Source of the DNA: Oscillospiraceae bacterium | Lineage (GTDB): Bacteria > Bacillota > Clostridia > Monoglobales > Monoglobaceae | NCBI GenBank assembly: GCA_015068655.1 | Contig: SVKC01000004.1 | Location: 104-64,103, forward strand | Length of the DNA: 64,000 nucleotides | Direction: 5' to 3' | Part shown: piece by piece, positions 45,651 to 57,050 of the stretch | How the letters are laid out: the number at the start of each line of letters is the position of its first letter | Position numbering within the stretch: the stretch's first letter is position 1 | Notes under the pieces: model-generated | What the model was told of the DNA's origin: nothing | What the model saw: only the letters and a program-made list of their open reading frames with translations | The model's database searches: none | Translations under genes and position numbers: made by a program

Positions 45651-46306
45651 TTTTTGTTTTTTGCAAACTCTGCAATTTCTGCAGGGTTGCTCACAATCAA
45701 ATCGGCACCTGCACCTCTAAGCTCGGGTTCATCACGGAAACCCCAAAGCACTCCCACAGAATAAAGTCCGGCATTTTTCGCCGTCTCAATATCCGTAGCT
45801 GTGTCACCGATATAAAGGCACTCAGCTCTCGCAACACCGAAGCCTTCAACAATCTCAAAAACAGATTCGGGATCAGGCTTGAGTGCCTTTCCCTCTCTTG
45901 CTCCAAGACAAAGGTCAACAAGACCTTCCTCAAAAAGCACTTCCGCAACCTTTTTTGCGGTCATATCATCCTTGTTTGAGAGTATAGCGGTCTTTATTCC
46001 CGCCTCTTTCAACTCTTTCAGCAAATCCGCAACTCCGTCGTAAGCACGGGTGAGATACATAAAATCCTTGTCATAGGCATCCATATACCATTTGTGGATT
46101 TCATCAATATTATCACATTCTGTCTCACGGAAATCCAGCATTCTTTCAATGAGAACCCGCGAGCCGTTTCCCACAAGAGTTTTGTAACATTCCGTGGGAA
46201 TCGCTTCGATTCCGAAATGCTGAAGGGTTGTGTTTCCGAAATATGCAATAGTATCAAGGGTATTTACCAATGTACCATCCATATCAAATATACAAAGCTT
46301 AACCAT
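45647..46306 (-). CDS. HAD-superfamily hydrolase (phosphoglycolate-phosphatase-like)
   Basis: Motif I FDMDGTLVNT, motif II ILSNK and motif IV GDTATD. Confidence 0.85.
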   Translation of the reverse strand: MVKLCIFDMDGTLVNTLDTIAYFGNTTLQHFGIEAIPTECYKTLVGNGSRVLIERMLDFRETECDNIDEIHKWYMDAYDKDFMYLTRAYDGVADLLKELKEAGIKTAILSNKDDMTAKKVAEVLFEEGLVDLCLGAREGKALKPDPESVFEIVEGFGVARAECLYIGDTATDIETAKNAGLYSVGVLWGFRDEPELRGAGADLIVSNPAEIAEFAKNKN

Positions 46307-46321
46307 ACTTACCTCAAAATT

Positions 46322-46355
46322 CTTTCAAAAGAAATGGCGACCCGAACGAGTCGCC
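46322..46355 (-). terminator. terminator of the alpha operon (after rplQ)
   Basis: Minus strand: GGCGAC-tcgttcgg-GTCGCC followed by ATTTCTTTT. Confidence 0.6.
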
Positions 46356-46374
46356 ACTGCAATACTGAATAGAA

Positions 46375-46716
46375 TTACACAAGCTCCAGAATTGAGATCT
46401 CAGCTGCATCTCCGCGTCTGGGACCAATCTTAATGATTCTTGTATAACCACCGTTACGCTCAGCATATTTGGGAGCAATCTCCGCAAACACCTTTGTTAC
46501 AACGTCTTCCTTTGTGATGAACGCAAGAGCCTGACGTCTTGTGTGAAGAGTATTCTTCTTGCCGAGTGTAATCATTTTTTCAGCCAACTTCTGAACTTCC
46601 TTAGCTCTGGTAGTTGTTGTTTCAATTCTACCGTTTTCGAGGAAAGAAGTTGTCATGCTTCTTAACATTGCTATTCTTTGATCTGTGGGTCTTCCCAACT
46701 TTCTCTGGTGTGCCAT
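46375..46716 (-). CDS. rplQ: 50S ribosomal protein L17
   Basis: [14 protein letters not shown]..., last gene of the alpha operon. ATG at 46716 follows GAGGTG (ORF-track start 46746). Confidence 0.97.
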   Translation of the reverse strand: MAHQRKLGRPTDQRIAMLRSMTTSFLENGRIETTTTRAKEVQKLAEKMITLGKKNTLHTRRQALAFITKEDVVTKVFAEIAPKYAERNGGYTRIIKIGPRRGDAAEISILELV

Positions 46717-46770
46717 ACTATCACCTCTTTCAATAAAATGCTTCAACCAAAGGCAAGAGCCTTCGGGAAA

Positions 46771-47721
46771 TTAGTCTTCGTTTGTCGTAAGTGCAAGACC
46801 AAGGCTGTCGAGTTTTGCAATAACCTCTTCGAGAGACTTGCGACCAAGGTTTCTCACCTTCATCATATCGTTCTCACTGCGGTTCGTCAAATCCTGAACA
46901 GTATTGATGCCTGCTCTCTTCAGACAGTTGTAAGAACGCACCGAAAGGTCAAGCTCTTCAATAGTTGTCTCAAGAACCTTTTCCTTCTTGCTTTCTTCCT
47001 TTTCAATCATTATTTCTGCATTCTTTGCACTTTCAGATAAATCTATGAAAAGATTTAAATGTTCGTTGAGTATCTTCGCACCCAAGCTTACTGCATCGGG
47101 AGGATTGATTGTACCGTCGGTCCAAACCTCCAGCACAAGCTTGTCATAGTCCGTAATCTGACCTACTCTGGTGTTGTCAACTGTGTAGTTCACCTTCATA
47201 ACAGGTGTATAAATTGAATCCACGGGAATTACACCGATAATAGGCTGAAGAAGCTGCTTGTTTCTGTCAGCAGAAACATAACCGCGTCCTCTGTCAATAA
47301 CGATTTCCATAAACAGCTTTGCATCTTCATTAAGCTTTGCTATATGAAGGTCACCGTTAATAATTTCAACATCCGAATCACATTTGATGTCACGGGCGCA
47401 AATTTCACCCGCACCCTCATGGTTGATGTAGATTGTCTTAGGACCGTCTGAATGAAGCTTGATAGCAAGCTTCTTTATGTTGAGAATAATCTCCGTAACA
47501 TCCTCAACAACGCCGGGGATTGTAGAGAACTCATGCAAAATACCGTCGATTTTGACAGAATTTACAGCTACACCCGGAAGGGATGAAAGAAGAATTCTTC
47601 TGAGCGAATTACCCAAAGTTGTGCCGTATCCTCTTTCAAGAGGCTCAACGACAAATTTGCCGTAGCTATTGTCTTCCGATACGTGAACGCATTCAACTCT
47701 TGGTTTTTCTATTTCTATCAT
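46771..47721 (-). CDS. rpoA: DNA-directed RNA polymerase alpha subunit
   Basis: 316 aa. [20 protein letters not shown] and a C-terminal CTD ([16 protein letters not shown]). Confidence 0.98.
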   Translation of the reverse strand: MIEIEKPRVECVHVSEDNSYGKFVVEPLERGYGTTLGNSLRRILLSSLPGVAVNSVKIDGILHEFSTIPGVVEDVTEIILNIKKLAIKLHSDGPKTIYINHEGAGEICARDIKCDSDVEIINGDLHIAKLNEDAKLFMEIVIDRGRGYVSADRNKQLLQPIIGVIPVDSIYTPVMKVNYTVDNTRVGQITDYDKLVLEVWTDGTINPPDAVSLGAKILNEHLNLFIDLSESAKNAEIMIEKEESKKEKVLETTIEELDLSVRSYNCLKRAGINTVQDLTNRSENDMMKVRNLGRKSLEEVIAKLDSLGLALTTNED

Positions 47722-47886
47722 ATCTAGCCCTCCTACTCAAATTTTTAACACAGGGATAACAAAAGCTGTGTATCCTGCAAGGGAAAACCTTGCTTCACTT
47801 TCCGAACCCAAAGCCATGAGTTCGTCAGGGCTGTGCAAATCTTACAGCAATGCCGGAAAAACCGGCAAAGCCTCGGATACGGATTA

Positions 47887-48513
47887 TTATTTGCTGTAAT
47901 ACTCAACAATCAAGTGTTCTTCGATGGGAAGATCAATATCTTCTCTGTCAGCAAAAGCAACAACTTTTCCTTCGAGAGTGTCCTTGTTCATATCGAGCCA
48001 CTTCGGAACCTGTCTTGATTCTGTTGATGCGAGAACTGCATCAAACTTAGCACTTGAACGGCTTGTTTCACAAACCGTGATAACATCTCCAACCTTAACA
48101 AGGTATGAAGGAATGTTTACCTTCTTGCCGTTTACCAAAAAGTGTGCATGAGAAACCAGCTGTCTTGCTTCGGGTCTTGAAACAGCCAGACCAAGTCTGT
48201 AAACTACGTTGTCAAGACGTCTCTCAACCAATGAAAGCAGGTTTTCACCTGTAACACCTGACATCTTGTTAGCCATTTCGAAATAATGAGCGAACTGACC
48301 TTCCAGGATGCCGTAAGCGCGTCTAACCTTCTGCTTTTCTCTGAGCTGTGTGCCGTATTCAGAAAGCTTTCTTCTGCCCTGACCATGCTGACCGGGAGCA
48401 TAAGCTCTTCTTGTTACAGCGCATTTATCTGTAAAACATCTGTCTCCTTTAAGAAACAGCTTTGTACCTTCGCGTCTGCAAATTCTGCAAACGGATTCTG
48501 TATATCTTGCCAT
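47887..48513 (-). CDS. rpsD: 30S ribosomal protein S4
   Basis: [16 protein letters not shown]... with the S4 domain; fits the operon position. Confidence 0.97.
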   Translation of the reverse strand: MARYTESVCRICRREGTKLFLKGDRCFTDKCAVTRRAYAPGQHGQGRRKLSEYGTQLREKQKVRRAYGILEGQFAHYFEMANKMSGVTGENLLSLVERRLDNVVYRLGLAVSRPEARQLVSHAHFLVNGKKVNIPSYLVKVGDVITVCETSRSSAKFDAVLASTESRQVPKWLDMNKDTLEGKVVAFADREDIDLPIEEHLIVEYYSK

Positions 48514-48534
48514 GCTTTATTTCACCTCCTGAAA

Positions 48535-48927
48535 TTACACTCTTCTTCTCTTGGGGGGTCTGCAACCGTTGTGAGGAATAGGTGTAACATCCTTAATCAT
48601 ATTAACCTCAAGACCTGCAACCTGGAGAGCACGAATAGCTGCTTCTCTGCCGCTGCCGGGACCCTTTACGTATACTTCAACATATTTGAGACCGTGTTCC
48701 ATAGCTGCCTTTGCAGCTGTTTCTGCTGCCATCTGAGCAGCGAAAGGAGTGCTCTTCTTTGAACCTCTGAATCCCAAACCACCTGCTGATGCCCATGAAA
48801 TTGCGTTTCCTGCAACGTCAGTGATGGTAACGATTGTATTGTTAAAGGTTGACTTGATATGAGCCGCACCACGTTCAATATTTTTCTTTTCTCTACGACG
48901 TCTGGTTTTCTTGACTGCCTTTGCCAT
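48535..48927 (-). CDS. rpsK: 30S ribosomal protein S11
   Basis: [24 protein letters not shown].... ATG at 48927 follows AGGAGGTG (ORF-track GTG 48939). Confidence 0.97.
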   Translation of the reverse strand: MAKAVKKTRRRREKKNIERGAAHIKSTFNNTIVTITDVAGNAISWASAGGLGFRGSKKSTPFAAQMAAETAAKAAMEHGLKYVEVYVKGPGSGREAAIRALQVAGLEVNMIKDVTPIPHNGCRPPKRRRV

Positions 48928-48993
48928 AGTAACTTTCACCTCCTGAATTTAAGGGAGCTTTACGCTAATGCATAAAGACTTTCGATAATCTTA

Positions 48994-49359
48994 TTATTTC
49001 TTCTTGTTCGCCATAGTCTTTCTGGGACCTTTTCTTGTTCTGGCGTTTGTCTTTGAACGCTGTCCTCTTACAGGAAGGTTTTTCCTGTGACGAAGACCTC
49101 TGTAACAGTTGATTTCAATGAGACGCTTGATGTCAAGCGCAATGTCACGGCGGAGATCACCTTCAACATTATAGTTGTCGATCTCAGCTCTGAGTGTAGA
49201 AATCTCGTCCTCTGTCAAGTCACGAACTCTTGTGTCGGGATTGATACCTGTTGCAGCAAGAATCTTCTTTGATGTAGAAAGACCGATGCCGAAAATATAG
49301 GTAAGACCGATTTCAACTCTCTTCTCATTTGGTAAGTCAACACCTGCAATACGTGCCAT
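48994..49359 (-). CDS. rpsM: 30S ribosomal protein S13
   Basis: [26 protein letters not shown].... ATG at 49359 follows GGAGGTG (ORF-track start 49425). Confidence 0.97.
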   Translation of the reverse strand: MARIAGVDLPNEKRVEIGLTYIFGIGLSTSKKILAATGINPDTRVRDLTEDEISTLRAEIDNYNVEGDLRRDIALDIKRLIEINCYRGLRHRKNLPVRGQRSKTNARTRKGPRKTMANKKK

Positions 49360-49516
49360 ACTTTCATTCACCTCCGAATAAATTTTTCTTTTTTGAAAAG
49401 TGTGTAATGCGGAGCAGAATTTCACTTATCACGAAGTGCTTCTTCGCTTTCATAAGCTTAAACTAAATTGGTGAATAAGCCTGACTCTGCCCACGCAAGT
49501 TAATAATTTTTCGCAA

Positions 49517-49681
<165 letters not shown>

Positions 49682-49692
49682 CTAACCAAATT

Positions 49693-49721
49693 ATTATATC
49701 ACCAAATCCGAATTATGTCAA
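49693..49721 (-). promoter_or_regulatory. internal promoter of the rpmJ-rpsM-rpsK-rpsD-rpoA-rplQ unit
   Basis: Minus strand: TTGACA-N17-TATAAT with an extended -10 (GGTGATATAAT), in the 273-nt infA-rpmJ gap. Confidence 0.7.
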
Positions 49722-49903
49722 GCACCAAAAATCCCCAACGTACTTTTTGAAGTATTTCCATAATTTTTTCGGGTTAAACCCCAAATCAATTATGAAATTA
49801 TCCCAAAAAAGGTGTCTTCAAAACCGGAAACGGCAGTATAATCATTTCAAATAACAGCAAAAAGCTGTTTTTCTGTGGGTAGACATTCTACCGCGAAAGG
49901 CAC

Positions 49904-50122
49904 TTATTTCGCTCTCCATGTAATTCTGCCTTTTGTCAGGTCATAGGGAGAAATCTCAACAGTAACCTTGTCACCGGGCAAAATTCTGATGTAATGCATT
50001 CTCAGTTTTCCTGAAATATGTGCAAGAATTTTGTGACCGTTTTCAAGCTCAACCTGAAACATTGCATTAGGCAGTGCTTCAAGGACTGTACCTTCAACCT
50101 CCAAAACATCTTCCTTAGCCAT
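49904..50122 (-). CDS. infA: translation initiation factor IF-1
   Basis: [53 protein letters not shown].... Confidence 0.98.
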   Translation of the reverse strand: MAKEDVLEVEGTVLEALPNAMFQVELENGHKILAHISGKLRMHYIRILPGDKVTVEISPYDLTKGRITWRAK

Positions 50123-50189
50123 TCCTTCACCTCCCGTAAAATATCTTTAAATCAGCGGCATACGGAGACAAGTCACCGCCGCCGGCTTT

Positions 50190-50489
50190 TTACATTTCGT
50201 CCTGCTGAACTGGTACATTTTCTGTTCCCTCAAACTCAGCAATTGCACGTCTCAGCTCGGTATTTGTGGTCTTGGCTTCCTCTGCGATTTTTCCTGCAAC
50301 GTATTCACTGCGGCTGCCCGTTGCCTCCACGTGCTTCATTTTTTTCTTTTTTGGTTTTGCGACCTTGTGATAATCTCCGTCGCAAATAAAGACATAGTTT
50401 TCATCAGTGCTCACAACAATATAATGTCTTCCGCTGTCTCTGCCCATTTTTGACAAGACTATATCTCCAATATTAAAACCATCTTCCAT
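50190..50489 (-). CDS. KOW-motif RNA-binding protein
   Basis: 99 aa. GDIVLSKMGRDSGRHYIVV is a KOW-like motif. Sits between map and infA. Confidence 0.7.
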   Translation of the reverse strand: MEDGFNIGDIVLSKMGRDSGRHYIVVSTDENYVFICDGDYHKVAKPKKKKMKHVEATGSRSEYVAGKIAEEAKTTNTELRRAIAEFEGTENVPVQQDEM

Positions 50490-50542
50490 ATTTAATGTAC
50501 CTCATTTGAATATAAATGTTCAAAATCAATCCACAATAGATT

Positions 50543-51295
50543 TTACTCACAGAGAGTGAGCAAAAACGGCTCACCGTTTGTCACAAGAACACTGTTCTCA
50601 TAATGAGCCGAAAGCTTTCCGTCCTCTGTCAAAACGGTCCAGTCATCATCAGCCACATAAATCTCCTTTGAACCCTGATTAACCATCGGCTCAACAGCAA
50701 TTGTCATACCGGGTCTGATTCTGACGCCTCTTCTTCCGGGTGCTGCATAATTGGGAATCTCAGGTTCTTCGTGAAGCTCTTTTCCGAGTCCGTGTCCGCA
50801 GTATTCTCTGAGAACACTGAAACCGTTATCTTCAGCGTGTTTCTGTATTGCCGCAGAAATGTCCGAAATACGGAATCCGTCCTTTGCAAACTTTATTCCT
50901 TCAAAAAAGCATTCACGCGTAACATCAATAAGTCTCTGTGCTTCAACACTAATTTCTCCAACTCCGTGAGTACGTGCCGCATCGCTGTGATAACCCTTGT
51001 AGCAAGCACCAACGTCAAAGCTCACAATATCTCCTTCTTTCAGGGTACGCTTGCCCGGAATTCCGTGAATAACCTCATCATTAACGCTGATGCATACACT
51101 TCCGGGAAATCCGCCGTAGCCTTTGAACGAAGGAACACAGCCCTGACTTCGTATATATTTTTCGGCAGCCCGGTCAAGCTCAATTGTTGAAATTCCCGGC
51201 TTTATCATTTCCTCCAGAAGCTTCAACACCTCATAAGTCACCTTTCCGGCAGCCTTCATACATTCAATTTCATATTTTGATTTAATAGTAATCAT
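50543..51295 (-). CDS. map: type I methionine aminopeptidase
   Basis: 250 aa with metal ligands in context (DVGACYKGYHSDAARTH, HGLGKELHEEP, TIAVEPM). Confidence 0.97.
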   Translation of the reverse strand: MITIKSKYEIECMKAAGKVTYEVLKLLEEMIKPGISTIELDRAAEKYIRSQGCVPSFKGYGGFPGSVCISVNDEVIHGIPGKRTLKEGDIVSFDVGACYKGYHSDAARTHGVGEISVEAQRLIDVTRECFFEGIKFAKDGFRISDISAAIQKHAEDNGFSVLREYCGHGLGKELHEEPEIPNYAAPGRRGVRIRPGMTIAVEPMVNQGSKEIYVADDDWTVLTEDGKLSAHYENSVLVTNGEPFLLTLCE

Positions 51296-51313
51296 ATTTT
51301 TTCTCCGACCGAA

Positions 51314-51946
51314 TCAGTCTTCAAGAGCAGCAAGTACCGCTTTTGTCGTATCAGCAACAGCATCCTGACCAACAGCTGTTCTGAGCATATTCTTTTCAGC
51401 ATAGAAGGTCTTCAAGGGAGCAGTCTGCTTGTAATATGTTTCAAGTCGTTCCTTGATAATCTCCGGCTTGTCGTCAGCTCTTGTTGTGAGCTCACCGCCG
51501 CAATTGTCACAAATGCCCTGTTTTTTCGGTTGCTTGTGCTGCTTGTGATATGAACTTCCGCAAGCCTTGCATTCAAGTCTGCCGGAAAGTCTTTCAATTA
51601 TTGTCTCGTCCTCAACCTCAAGAGTGAGAACTGCATCAATATCTACATCTGATGCATCAAGTGCCTCTGCCTGAGCGAGAGTTCTGGGGAATCCGTCAAG
51701 AATAAAACCGTTCTTGCAGTCCTCAGCAGAAAGTCTGTCTTTCACAACATCAATCATAACATCATCGGGAATAAATTTTCCGTCATTGATGTATTTTGCC
51801 GCAATTTCGCCGAGAGCCGTGCCGTCAGCAATATTTTTTCTAAGGATTGCTCCTGTTGAAATTGTGGGAATACCAAAGTGTTTACTGAGTGCCTCTGCCT
51901 GTGTGCCTTTACCTGCACCGGGAGCAGCCAAAATAATAAGATTCAT
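51314..51946 (-). CDS. adk: adenylate kinase (zinc-lid form)
   Basis: P-loop ILAAPGAGKGTQAE. Lid cysteines CKACGSSYH...CDNCGG. Confidence 0.97.
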   Translation of the reverse strand: MNLIILAAPGAGKGTQAEALSKHFGIPTISTGAILRKNIADGTALGEIAAKYINDGKFIPDDVMIDVVKDRLSAEDCKNGFILDGFPRTLAQAEALDASDVDIDAVLTLEVEDETIIERLSGRLECKACGSSYHKQHKQPKKQGICDNCGGELTTRADDKPEIIKERLETYYKQTAPLKTFYAEKNMLRTAVGQDAVADTTKAVLAALED

Positions 51947-52105
51947 TTAAGGTCACACCTTTCCTATATTTCAAAAAACGCAAAATTCTATAAATTAAAA
52001 AGATATTCGACATTGTTTTGTCAAAAAACTCCACAAGGGGCTACCTTAAAACGTACTTGTTCTAAGGCATCCCCTGCAAAGTTACGGACCGAAGTCCTTG
52101 AAATC

Positions 52106-53395
52106 TTATTCCAAAAATCCCTTGTAGTGTCTCATAAGCATCTGAGATTCAAGCTGATTTACTGTTTCAAGAGCAACACCTACAACAATGATAAGCGAAG
52201 TACCGCCAATTGCAAAGTTGTTGATATCCAAAGCGATATTCATAAAAATCGGAATAACCGCAATGATAGCAAGGAAAATTGCACCTGCAAGAGTAATCTT
52301 AGAAAGAACTCTGTTTATGAAGTCTGACGTGTCCTTACCGGCACGGAGACCGGGAATTGCACCACCGTTCTTCTTGATATTGTTAGCCATTTCAATGGGA
52401 TTAAACTGAATAGCTGTATAGAAATATGTGAAGAAGATGATGAGGAAGAAGTAAGCAATTGCATATACCCATGAAGTAGGTGTCAGGTATGTGAGGAATG
52501 TTCCCCAGAAGCCCTGGTCACCTGCCTGTACACCGCAGAACGAAGCAATTGTTCCGGGGAAAGACATAATTGACATTGCAAAAATGATAGGCATAACGCC
52601 TGCTGATGCAACCTTGATGGGAATATGAGTGCTCTGTCCGCCATACATTTTTCTGCCTACAACGCGCTTTGCATACTGAACGTTGATTCTTCTTTCAGCA
52701 TCGTGCATAGCAACGATGAAAGCAATAACAACCAAAGCGATAACAAGAAGAAGAATTGTAGAAACAATATCCCATGTATTACCACTTGACATTCTTGTCC
52801 AGAGTGACATAGCCATAGCAGGACCGCCTGAAACGATACCGGCAAAGATAATAAGCGAAATACCGTTGCCGACACCCTTTTCGGTAATCTGCTCACCAAG
52901 CCACATAAGGAATGCAGTACCTGCAACAAATGTTGTAACAATTACAACAGCAGCACCCCAGCCGGGGTTTGTAACTGCGTGGAAGGTTCTGTCCAGCATA
53001 AAGTAAAGACCAATAGCCTGAATAAGAGCAAGAACAATAGTTGCCGCTCTCTGAATCTGAGCAATCTTCTTTCTGCCTTCTTCGCCTTCCTTCTGCAATC
53101 TCTCAAGTGCGGGAATAGCCACACAAAGGAGCTGCATAATAATGGACGCATTGATATAAGGTGTAATGCTCATTGCAAAAATAGTAGTATTTTCGAAAGC
53201 ACCACCGGAAATCACGTTCATAAAGCCAAGCAGAGAGTTCTCTGTTGCCTTGAGTGCTTCGCCCATTACATCGGGGTTAAGCATAGGAACCGGGATTGCA
53301 GAACCGAGACGGAAAATAATAATCATACCGATGGTATAAAGGAGTTTCTTTCTCAGGTCTGCAACTTTCCATGCATTCCTAATTGTTTCAAACAT
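52106..53395 (-). CDS. secY: preprotein translocase subunit SecY
   Basis: 429 aa with 10 TM segments. Conserved operon position between rplO and adk. Confidence 0.98.
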   Translation of the reverse strand: MFETIRNAWKVADLRKKLLYTIGMIIIFRLGSAIPVPMLNPDVMGEALKATENSLLGFMNVISGGAFENTTIFAMSITPYINASIIMQLLCVAIPALERLQKEGEEGRKKIAQIQRAATIVLALIQAIGLYFMLDRTFHAVTNPGWGAAVVIVTTFVAGTAFLMWLGEQITEKGVGNGISLIIFAGIVSGGPAMAMSLWTRMSSGNTWDIVSTILLLVIALVVIAFIVAMHDAERRINVQYAKRVVGRKMYGGQSTHIPIKVASAGVMPIIFAMSIMSFPGTIASFCGVQAGDQGFWGTFLTYLTPTSWVYAIAYFFLIIFFTYFYTAIQFNPIEMANNIKKNGGAIPGLRAGKDTSDFINRVLSKITLAGAIFLAIIAVIPIFMNIALDINNFAIGGTSLIIVVGVALETVNQLESQMLMRHYKGFLE

Positions 53396-53833
53396 TTATA
53401 CCACCTCAACCTTTCCGCCGGCAGCAATAATCTTTTCTTCAGCAGTCTTGCTGAATCTTTTCGCCTTAACGGTGAAAGCCTTGTTAACCTCACCGCGGCC
53501 AAGGATAACAACACCATCACAAATCTTTGAAATGATACCGTTCTCCTTAAGAACCTCAGCTGTAACTTCTGTGCAGTCCAGCTTGTTAAGAACTTCTACG
53601 TTAACAGAAACATATTCCTTTGCAAAGATGTTTGTAAAGCCACGTTTCGGAAGTCTTCTGTAAATAGGCATCTGGCCACCTTCAAAACCGGGGCGAACAC
53701 CGCCGCCTGATCTTGCGTTCTGACCCTTGTGGCCCTTGCCGGCTGTCTTGCCGTTACCGCTACCGTGACCTCTACCTACTCTGAAATTATTCTTCTTTGA
53801 GCCTTCGCTCGGAGATAATTCATGAAGTTTCAT
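53396..53833 (-). CDS. rplO: 50S ribosomal protein L15
   Basis: [38 protein letters not shown].... ATG at 53833 follows GGAGGTG. Confidence 0.97.
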   Translation of the reverse strand: MKLHELSPSEGSKKNNFRVGRGHGSGNGKTAGKGHKGQNARSGGGVRPGFEGGQMPIYRRLPKRGFTNIFAKEYVSVNVEVLNKLDCTEVTAEVLKENGIISKICDGVVILGRGEVNKAFTVKAKRFSKTAEEKIIAAGGKVEVV

Positions 53834-53882
53834 TGAGTACACCTCCTCTTTATTTTTTATCAATATATGAGGCGAGAATTAT

Positions 53883-54065
53883 TTACGCCTCTTCAACCTT
53901 AACCAGGTGAGAAACTTTGAAGATCATACCTCTGATCTGAGGATTGTCAGGTTTCTCAACGCACATATGAAGCTTTCTGAGACCCAGAGCTTCAACAGTT
54001 GCGATCTGATCCTTTTTGCAACCAATTGTACTTTTTACAAGTGTTACTTTCAATGTGTTAGCCAA
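53883..54065 (-). CDS. rpmD: 50S ribosomal protein L30
   Basis: 60 aa; sequence and operon position fit. Confidence 0.95.
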   Translation of the reverse strand: MANTLKVTLVKSTIGCKKDQIATVEALGLRKLHMCVEKPDNPQIRGMIFKVSHLVKVEEA

Positions 54066-54106
54066 GGAAAAAACCTCCTATCTCTCTTGGTCGTTAACTA
54101 CTAAAA

Positions 54107-54637
54107 TTAACCCTGAATTTCTTCAGGCTTCTTGCCTCTGAGCTTTGCAACCTCTTCTACGCTCTTGAGAGCTGCGAGAGCCTGAACTGTTGCTGAAACA
54201 ACGTTCTTGGGATTGTTGCTTCTGAGACATTTTGTTCTGATATCACGGATACCGGCAAGTTCCAAAACCGCACGTGCGGGACCGCCGGCGATAACACCGG
54301 TACCTTCAGCAGCGGGCTTGAGAAGAACTCTGCCTGCGCCGTATTCACCGATGATTTCGTGAGGAATTGTAGTCTTTACCAGAGGAACAGTAATCATGTT
54401 CTTCTTAGCTTCGTCGATACCCTTGCGGATAGCATCCGGAACTTCGGCTGCCTTACCCATACCGTATCCAACATGACCGTTTTCGTCACCAACAACTACG
54501 AGTGCGCTGAATCTGCTTGTTCTACCACCCTTAACAGTCTTTGATACACGATTAAGAGAAACTACTTTTTCCTTTATATCAAGCGTATCTGCATCAATAC
54601 GCTCCTGCTTTTTGGTTATCTCTACTCTTTCTGCCAT
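54107..54637 (-). CDS. rpsE: 30S ribosomal protein S5
   Basis: [27 protein letters not shown].... Confidence 0.97.
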   Translation of the reverse strand: MAERVEITKKQERIDADTLDIKEKVVSLNRVSKTVKGGRTSRFSALVVVGDENGHVGYGMGKAAEVPDAIRKGIDEAKKNMITVPLVKTTIPHEIIGEYGAGRVLLKPAAEGTGVIAGGPARAVLELAGIRDIRTKCLRSNNPKNVVSATVQALAALKSVEEVAKLRGKKPEEIQG

Positions 54638-54704
54638 TGTTTTTCACCTCTTTCAAAAACTGACTTTCAATGTAATTAACACATTTTTCTATGCAATCCG
54701 AAAA

Positions 54705-55067
54705 TTAGAAGTCCAGACCGCCTTCACGAGCACCTGCTGCGAGTTCAGCAACTCTGCCGTGATAAACGTAACCGCCTCTGTCAAAAACAACCTCTTTGAT
54801 ATTGGCGTCGAGAGCCTTCTTTGCGATTAACATACCAACAGCCTTTGCAGCTTCCTTGTTGCCGCCGTAGTTAGCTTTGAGGTCTGCATCAAGAGTTGAA
54901 GCAGAAACCAAAGTTTTGCCTGTTGTATCATCGATTATCTGTGCATATATATTCTTGAGACTTCTGTAAACACAAAGTCTGGGAGTTTCGGGAGTACCTG
55001 AAACTTTTTTGCGGACTCTTGCGTGTCTAGCCTGTCTAGCCTCTTCCTTGTTCTTTCTTTTAATCAT
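54705..55067 (-). CDS. rplR: 50S ribosomal protein L18
   Basis: [22 protein letters not shown].... ATG at 55067 follows AAGGAGGTG (ORF-track GTG 55079). Confidence 0.97.
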   Translation of the reverse strand: MIKRKNKEEARQARHARVRKKVSGTPETPRLCVYRSLKNIYAQIIDDTTGKTLVSASTLDADLKANYGGNKEAAKAVGMLIAKKALDANIKEVVFDRGGYVYHGRVAELAAGAREGGLDF

Positions 55068-55156
55068 TCTAACTTGCACCTCCTTGCGGTTTAGTATGAA
55101 TCTGATTTTGGTGAGTTATCACTCAGGCTGCAAACATTTGCATGGGAAGAAATTTA

Positions 55157-55705
55157 TTATTTCTTCTTAGCACCTGTCTTACCTTCCTTACGTCTGATAA
55201 CTTCCTCAACATACTTGATACCCTTGCCCTTATAAGGTTCAGGCGGTCTCTTTTCTCTTACCTGTGCGGCAAACTGACCAACTTTCTGTTTGTCATAACC
55301 CGAAATGATGATCTGGTTGGGCTGAGGAACATCAATTTTAATGCCATCAGGCTCTTCCATTTCAACCTGGTGTGAATAACCAAGGTTCATAACAAGCTTG
55401 TTGCCCTGTTTTGCTGCACGGTATCCAACACCGTTGATTTCAAGTGTCTTTGTGAAGCCTTCACTTACACCTGTAACCATGTTAGCAATAAGAGTTCTTG
55501 TAAGACCGTGAAGTGCTCTGTGTTCCTTTACGTCAGATGGACGTTCAACAACAACTGCTTCACCGTCTTTCTTGATAATCATATCAGCAGACATTGTCTG
55601 AACAAGAGTACCCTTGGGACCCTTTACTGTGATTTCATTATTTGCACCTATTGTAACATCAACACCTGCAGGTATTGCAATAGGCTGCTTTCCTATACGT
55701 GACAT
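55157..55705 (-). CDS. rplF: 50S ribosomal protein L6
   Basis: [17 protein letters not shown].... Confidence 0.97.
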   Translation of the reverse strand: MSRIGKQPIAIPAGVDVTIGANNEITVKGPKGTLVQTMSADMIIKKDGEAVVVERPSDVKEHRALHGLTRTLIANMVTGVSEGFTKTLEINGVGYRAAKQGNKLVMNLGYSHQVEMEEPDGIKIDVPQPNQIIISGYDKQKVGQFAAQVREKRPPEPYKGKGIKYVEEVIRRKEGKTGAKKK

Positions 55706-55723
55706 AGTGATCTTCCTCCTTTC

Positions 55724-56122
55724 TTACCAAATAAATGCGAGAACTTCACCGCCAACATTCTGGCGACGAGCTTCCTTGTCTGTCATAATACCCTTTGATG
55801 TAGAAATAATTGCGATACCCAAACCTTTCAGTACCTGGGGCAGTTCTTCCTTAGATGCGTATATTCTGAGACCGGGCTTTGAAACTCTCTTGAGCCCTGT
55901 GAGAACCTTCTGCTTGTTCTCAGCATACTTGAGAGTAATTCTGATTATACCCTGTGTGCTGTCATCAATATACTCAACATTCTTTACATAACCTTCATCA
56001 AGCAAAATCTTTGCAATAGCCTTTTTCATATTTGATGCAGGAATATCAACTGTCGCATGTCTTGAATTGTTTGCGTTTCTGATTCTTGTAAGCATATCTG
56101 CTATCGGATCTGTGATGTGCAT
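55724..56122 (-). CDS. rpsH: 30S ribosomal protein S8
   Basis: [17 protein letters not shown].... ATG at 56122 follows AGGAGGA (ORF-track start 56188). Confidence 0.97.
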   Translation of the reverse strand: MHITDPIADMLTRIRNANNSRHATVDIPASNMKKAIAKILLDEGYVKNVEYIDDSTQGIIRITLKYAENKQKVLTGLKRVSKPGLRIYASKEELPQVLKGLGIAIISTSKGIMTDKEARRQNVGGEVLAFIW

Positions 56123-56239
56123 ATTTATCCTCCTTTTTATCGGATTTTGTGAGTCAGTTTGGTTATCCGAATCAAAAATTTTAACCACTTGACTCTCCTA
56201 CTTTGATTTTTTTGTTTCTCAGACAGAACAGTCTGTATT

Positions 56240-56425
56240 TTACCAGGATGCCTTCTTCACTCCGGGGATCTGACCTTTGTAAGCCAATTCACGGAAGCAG
56301 ATTCTGCAGATACCGAACTTACGAAGGTAAGCGTGGGGTCTGCCGCAGATTTTGCATCTGTTGTATTCACGAGTAGAATACTTCTGTTCTTTCTGCTGCT
56401 TTAAAACCATAGCCTTCTTTGCCAT
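56240..56425 (-). CDS. rpsN: 30S ribosomal protein S14 type Z (zinc-binding)
   Basis: 61 aa with [21 protein letters not shown]. Confidence 0.97.
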   Translation of the reverse strand: MAKKAMVLKQQKEQKYSTREYNRCKICGRPHAYLRKFGICRICFRELAYKGQIPGVKKASW

Positions 56426-56481
56426 AAGCTTTAATCTCCTCCATTTCTGAGATGTTGAATGGACATTCCGTTACTTCACAA

Positions 56482-57018
56482 TTATTTTGTGAAGGGAGCA
56501 CCCATAAGTGTAAGAAGCTCACGAGCTTCCTCGTCTGTCTGTGCTGTGGTAACGAAAATAATATCCATACCGCGAATTTTATCAATCTTATCATAATCTA
56601 TTTCAGGGAAAATAAGCTGTTCCTTAATACCCAGTGAATAGTTACCTCTGCCATCGAAAGCATTGGGGTTGATACCTCTGAAGTCACGAACACGGGGAAG
56701 AGCTGCGTTAAACAGTCTGTCAACGAATTCGTACATCTTTGCACCTCTGAGAGTAACCTTACAACCGATGTTCATACCTTCTCTGACTTTAAACTGAGCT
56801 ACAGACTTCTTTGCCTTTGTGATAACAGGCTTTTGACCTGTAATCAAAGCAAGGTCGTTCATAGCATAATCAATAGCCTTTGAATTTTCCTTTGCTTCAC
56901 CCACACCGATGTTGATAACAACCTTGTCGAGCTTGGGTATCTGCATAACGCTTTTGTATTCGAATTTCTTCATCAAAGCGTCTTTAATTTCTTTTGTATA
57001 ACGTTCTTCAAGTCGCAT
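56482..57018 (-). CDS. rplE: 50S ribosomal protein L5
   Basis: [42 protein letters not shown].... Confidence 0.97.
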   Translation of the reverse strand: MRLEERYTKEIKDALMKKFEYKSVMQIPKLDKVVINIGVGEAKENSKAIDYAMNDLALITGQKPVITKAKKSVAQFKVREGMNIGCKVTLRGAKMYEFVDRLFNAALPRVRDFRGINPNAFDGRGNYSLGIKEQLIFPEIDYDKIDKIRGMDIIFVTTAQTDEEARELLTLMGAPFTK

Positions 57019-57050
57019 TATACGTTTGCCTCCTTTCTTCTGGTTTCAAA

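Noticed and set aside
51947-52105. Internal promoter or terminator in the 159-nt secY-adk gap
   Set aside because: A TTGACA is present, but no acceptable -10 lies at 16-19 nt. The upstream hairpin (GGGGATGCCTTA...TAAGGTAGCCCC) is separated from its T-run by 8 nt. The signal is too weak to call.
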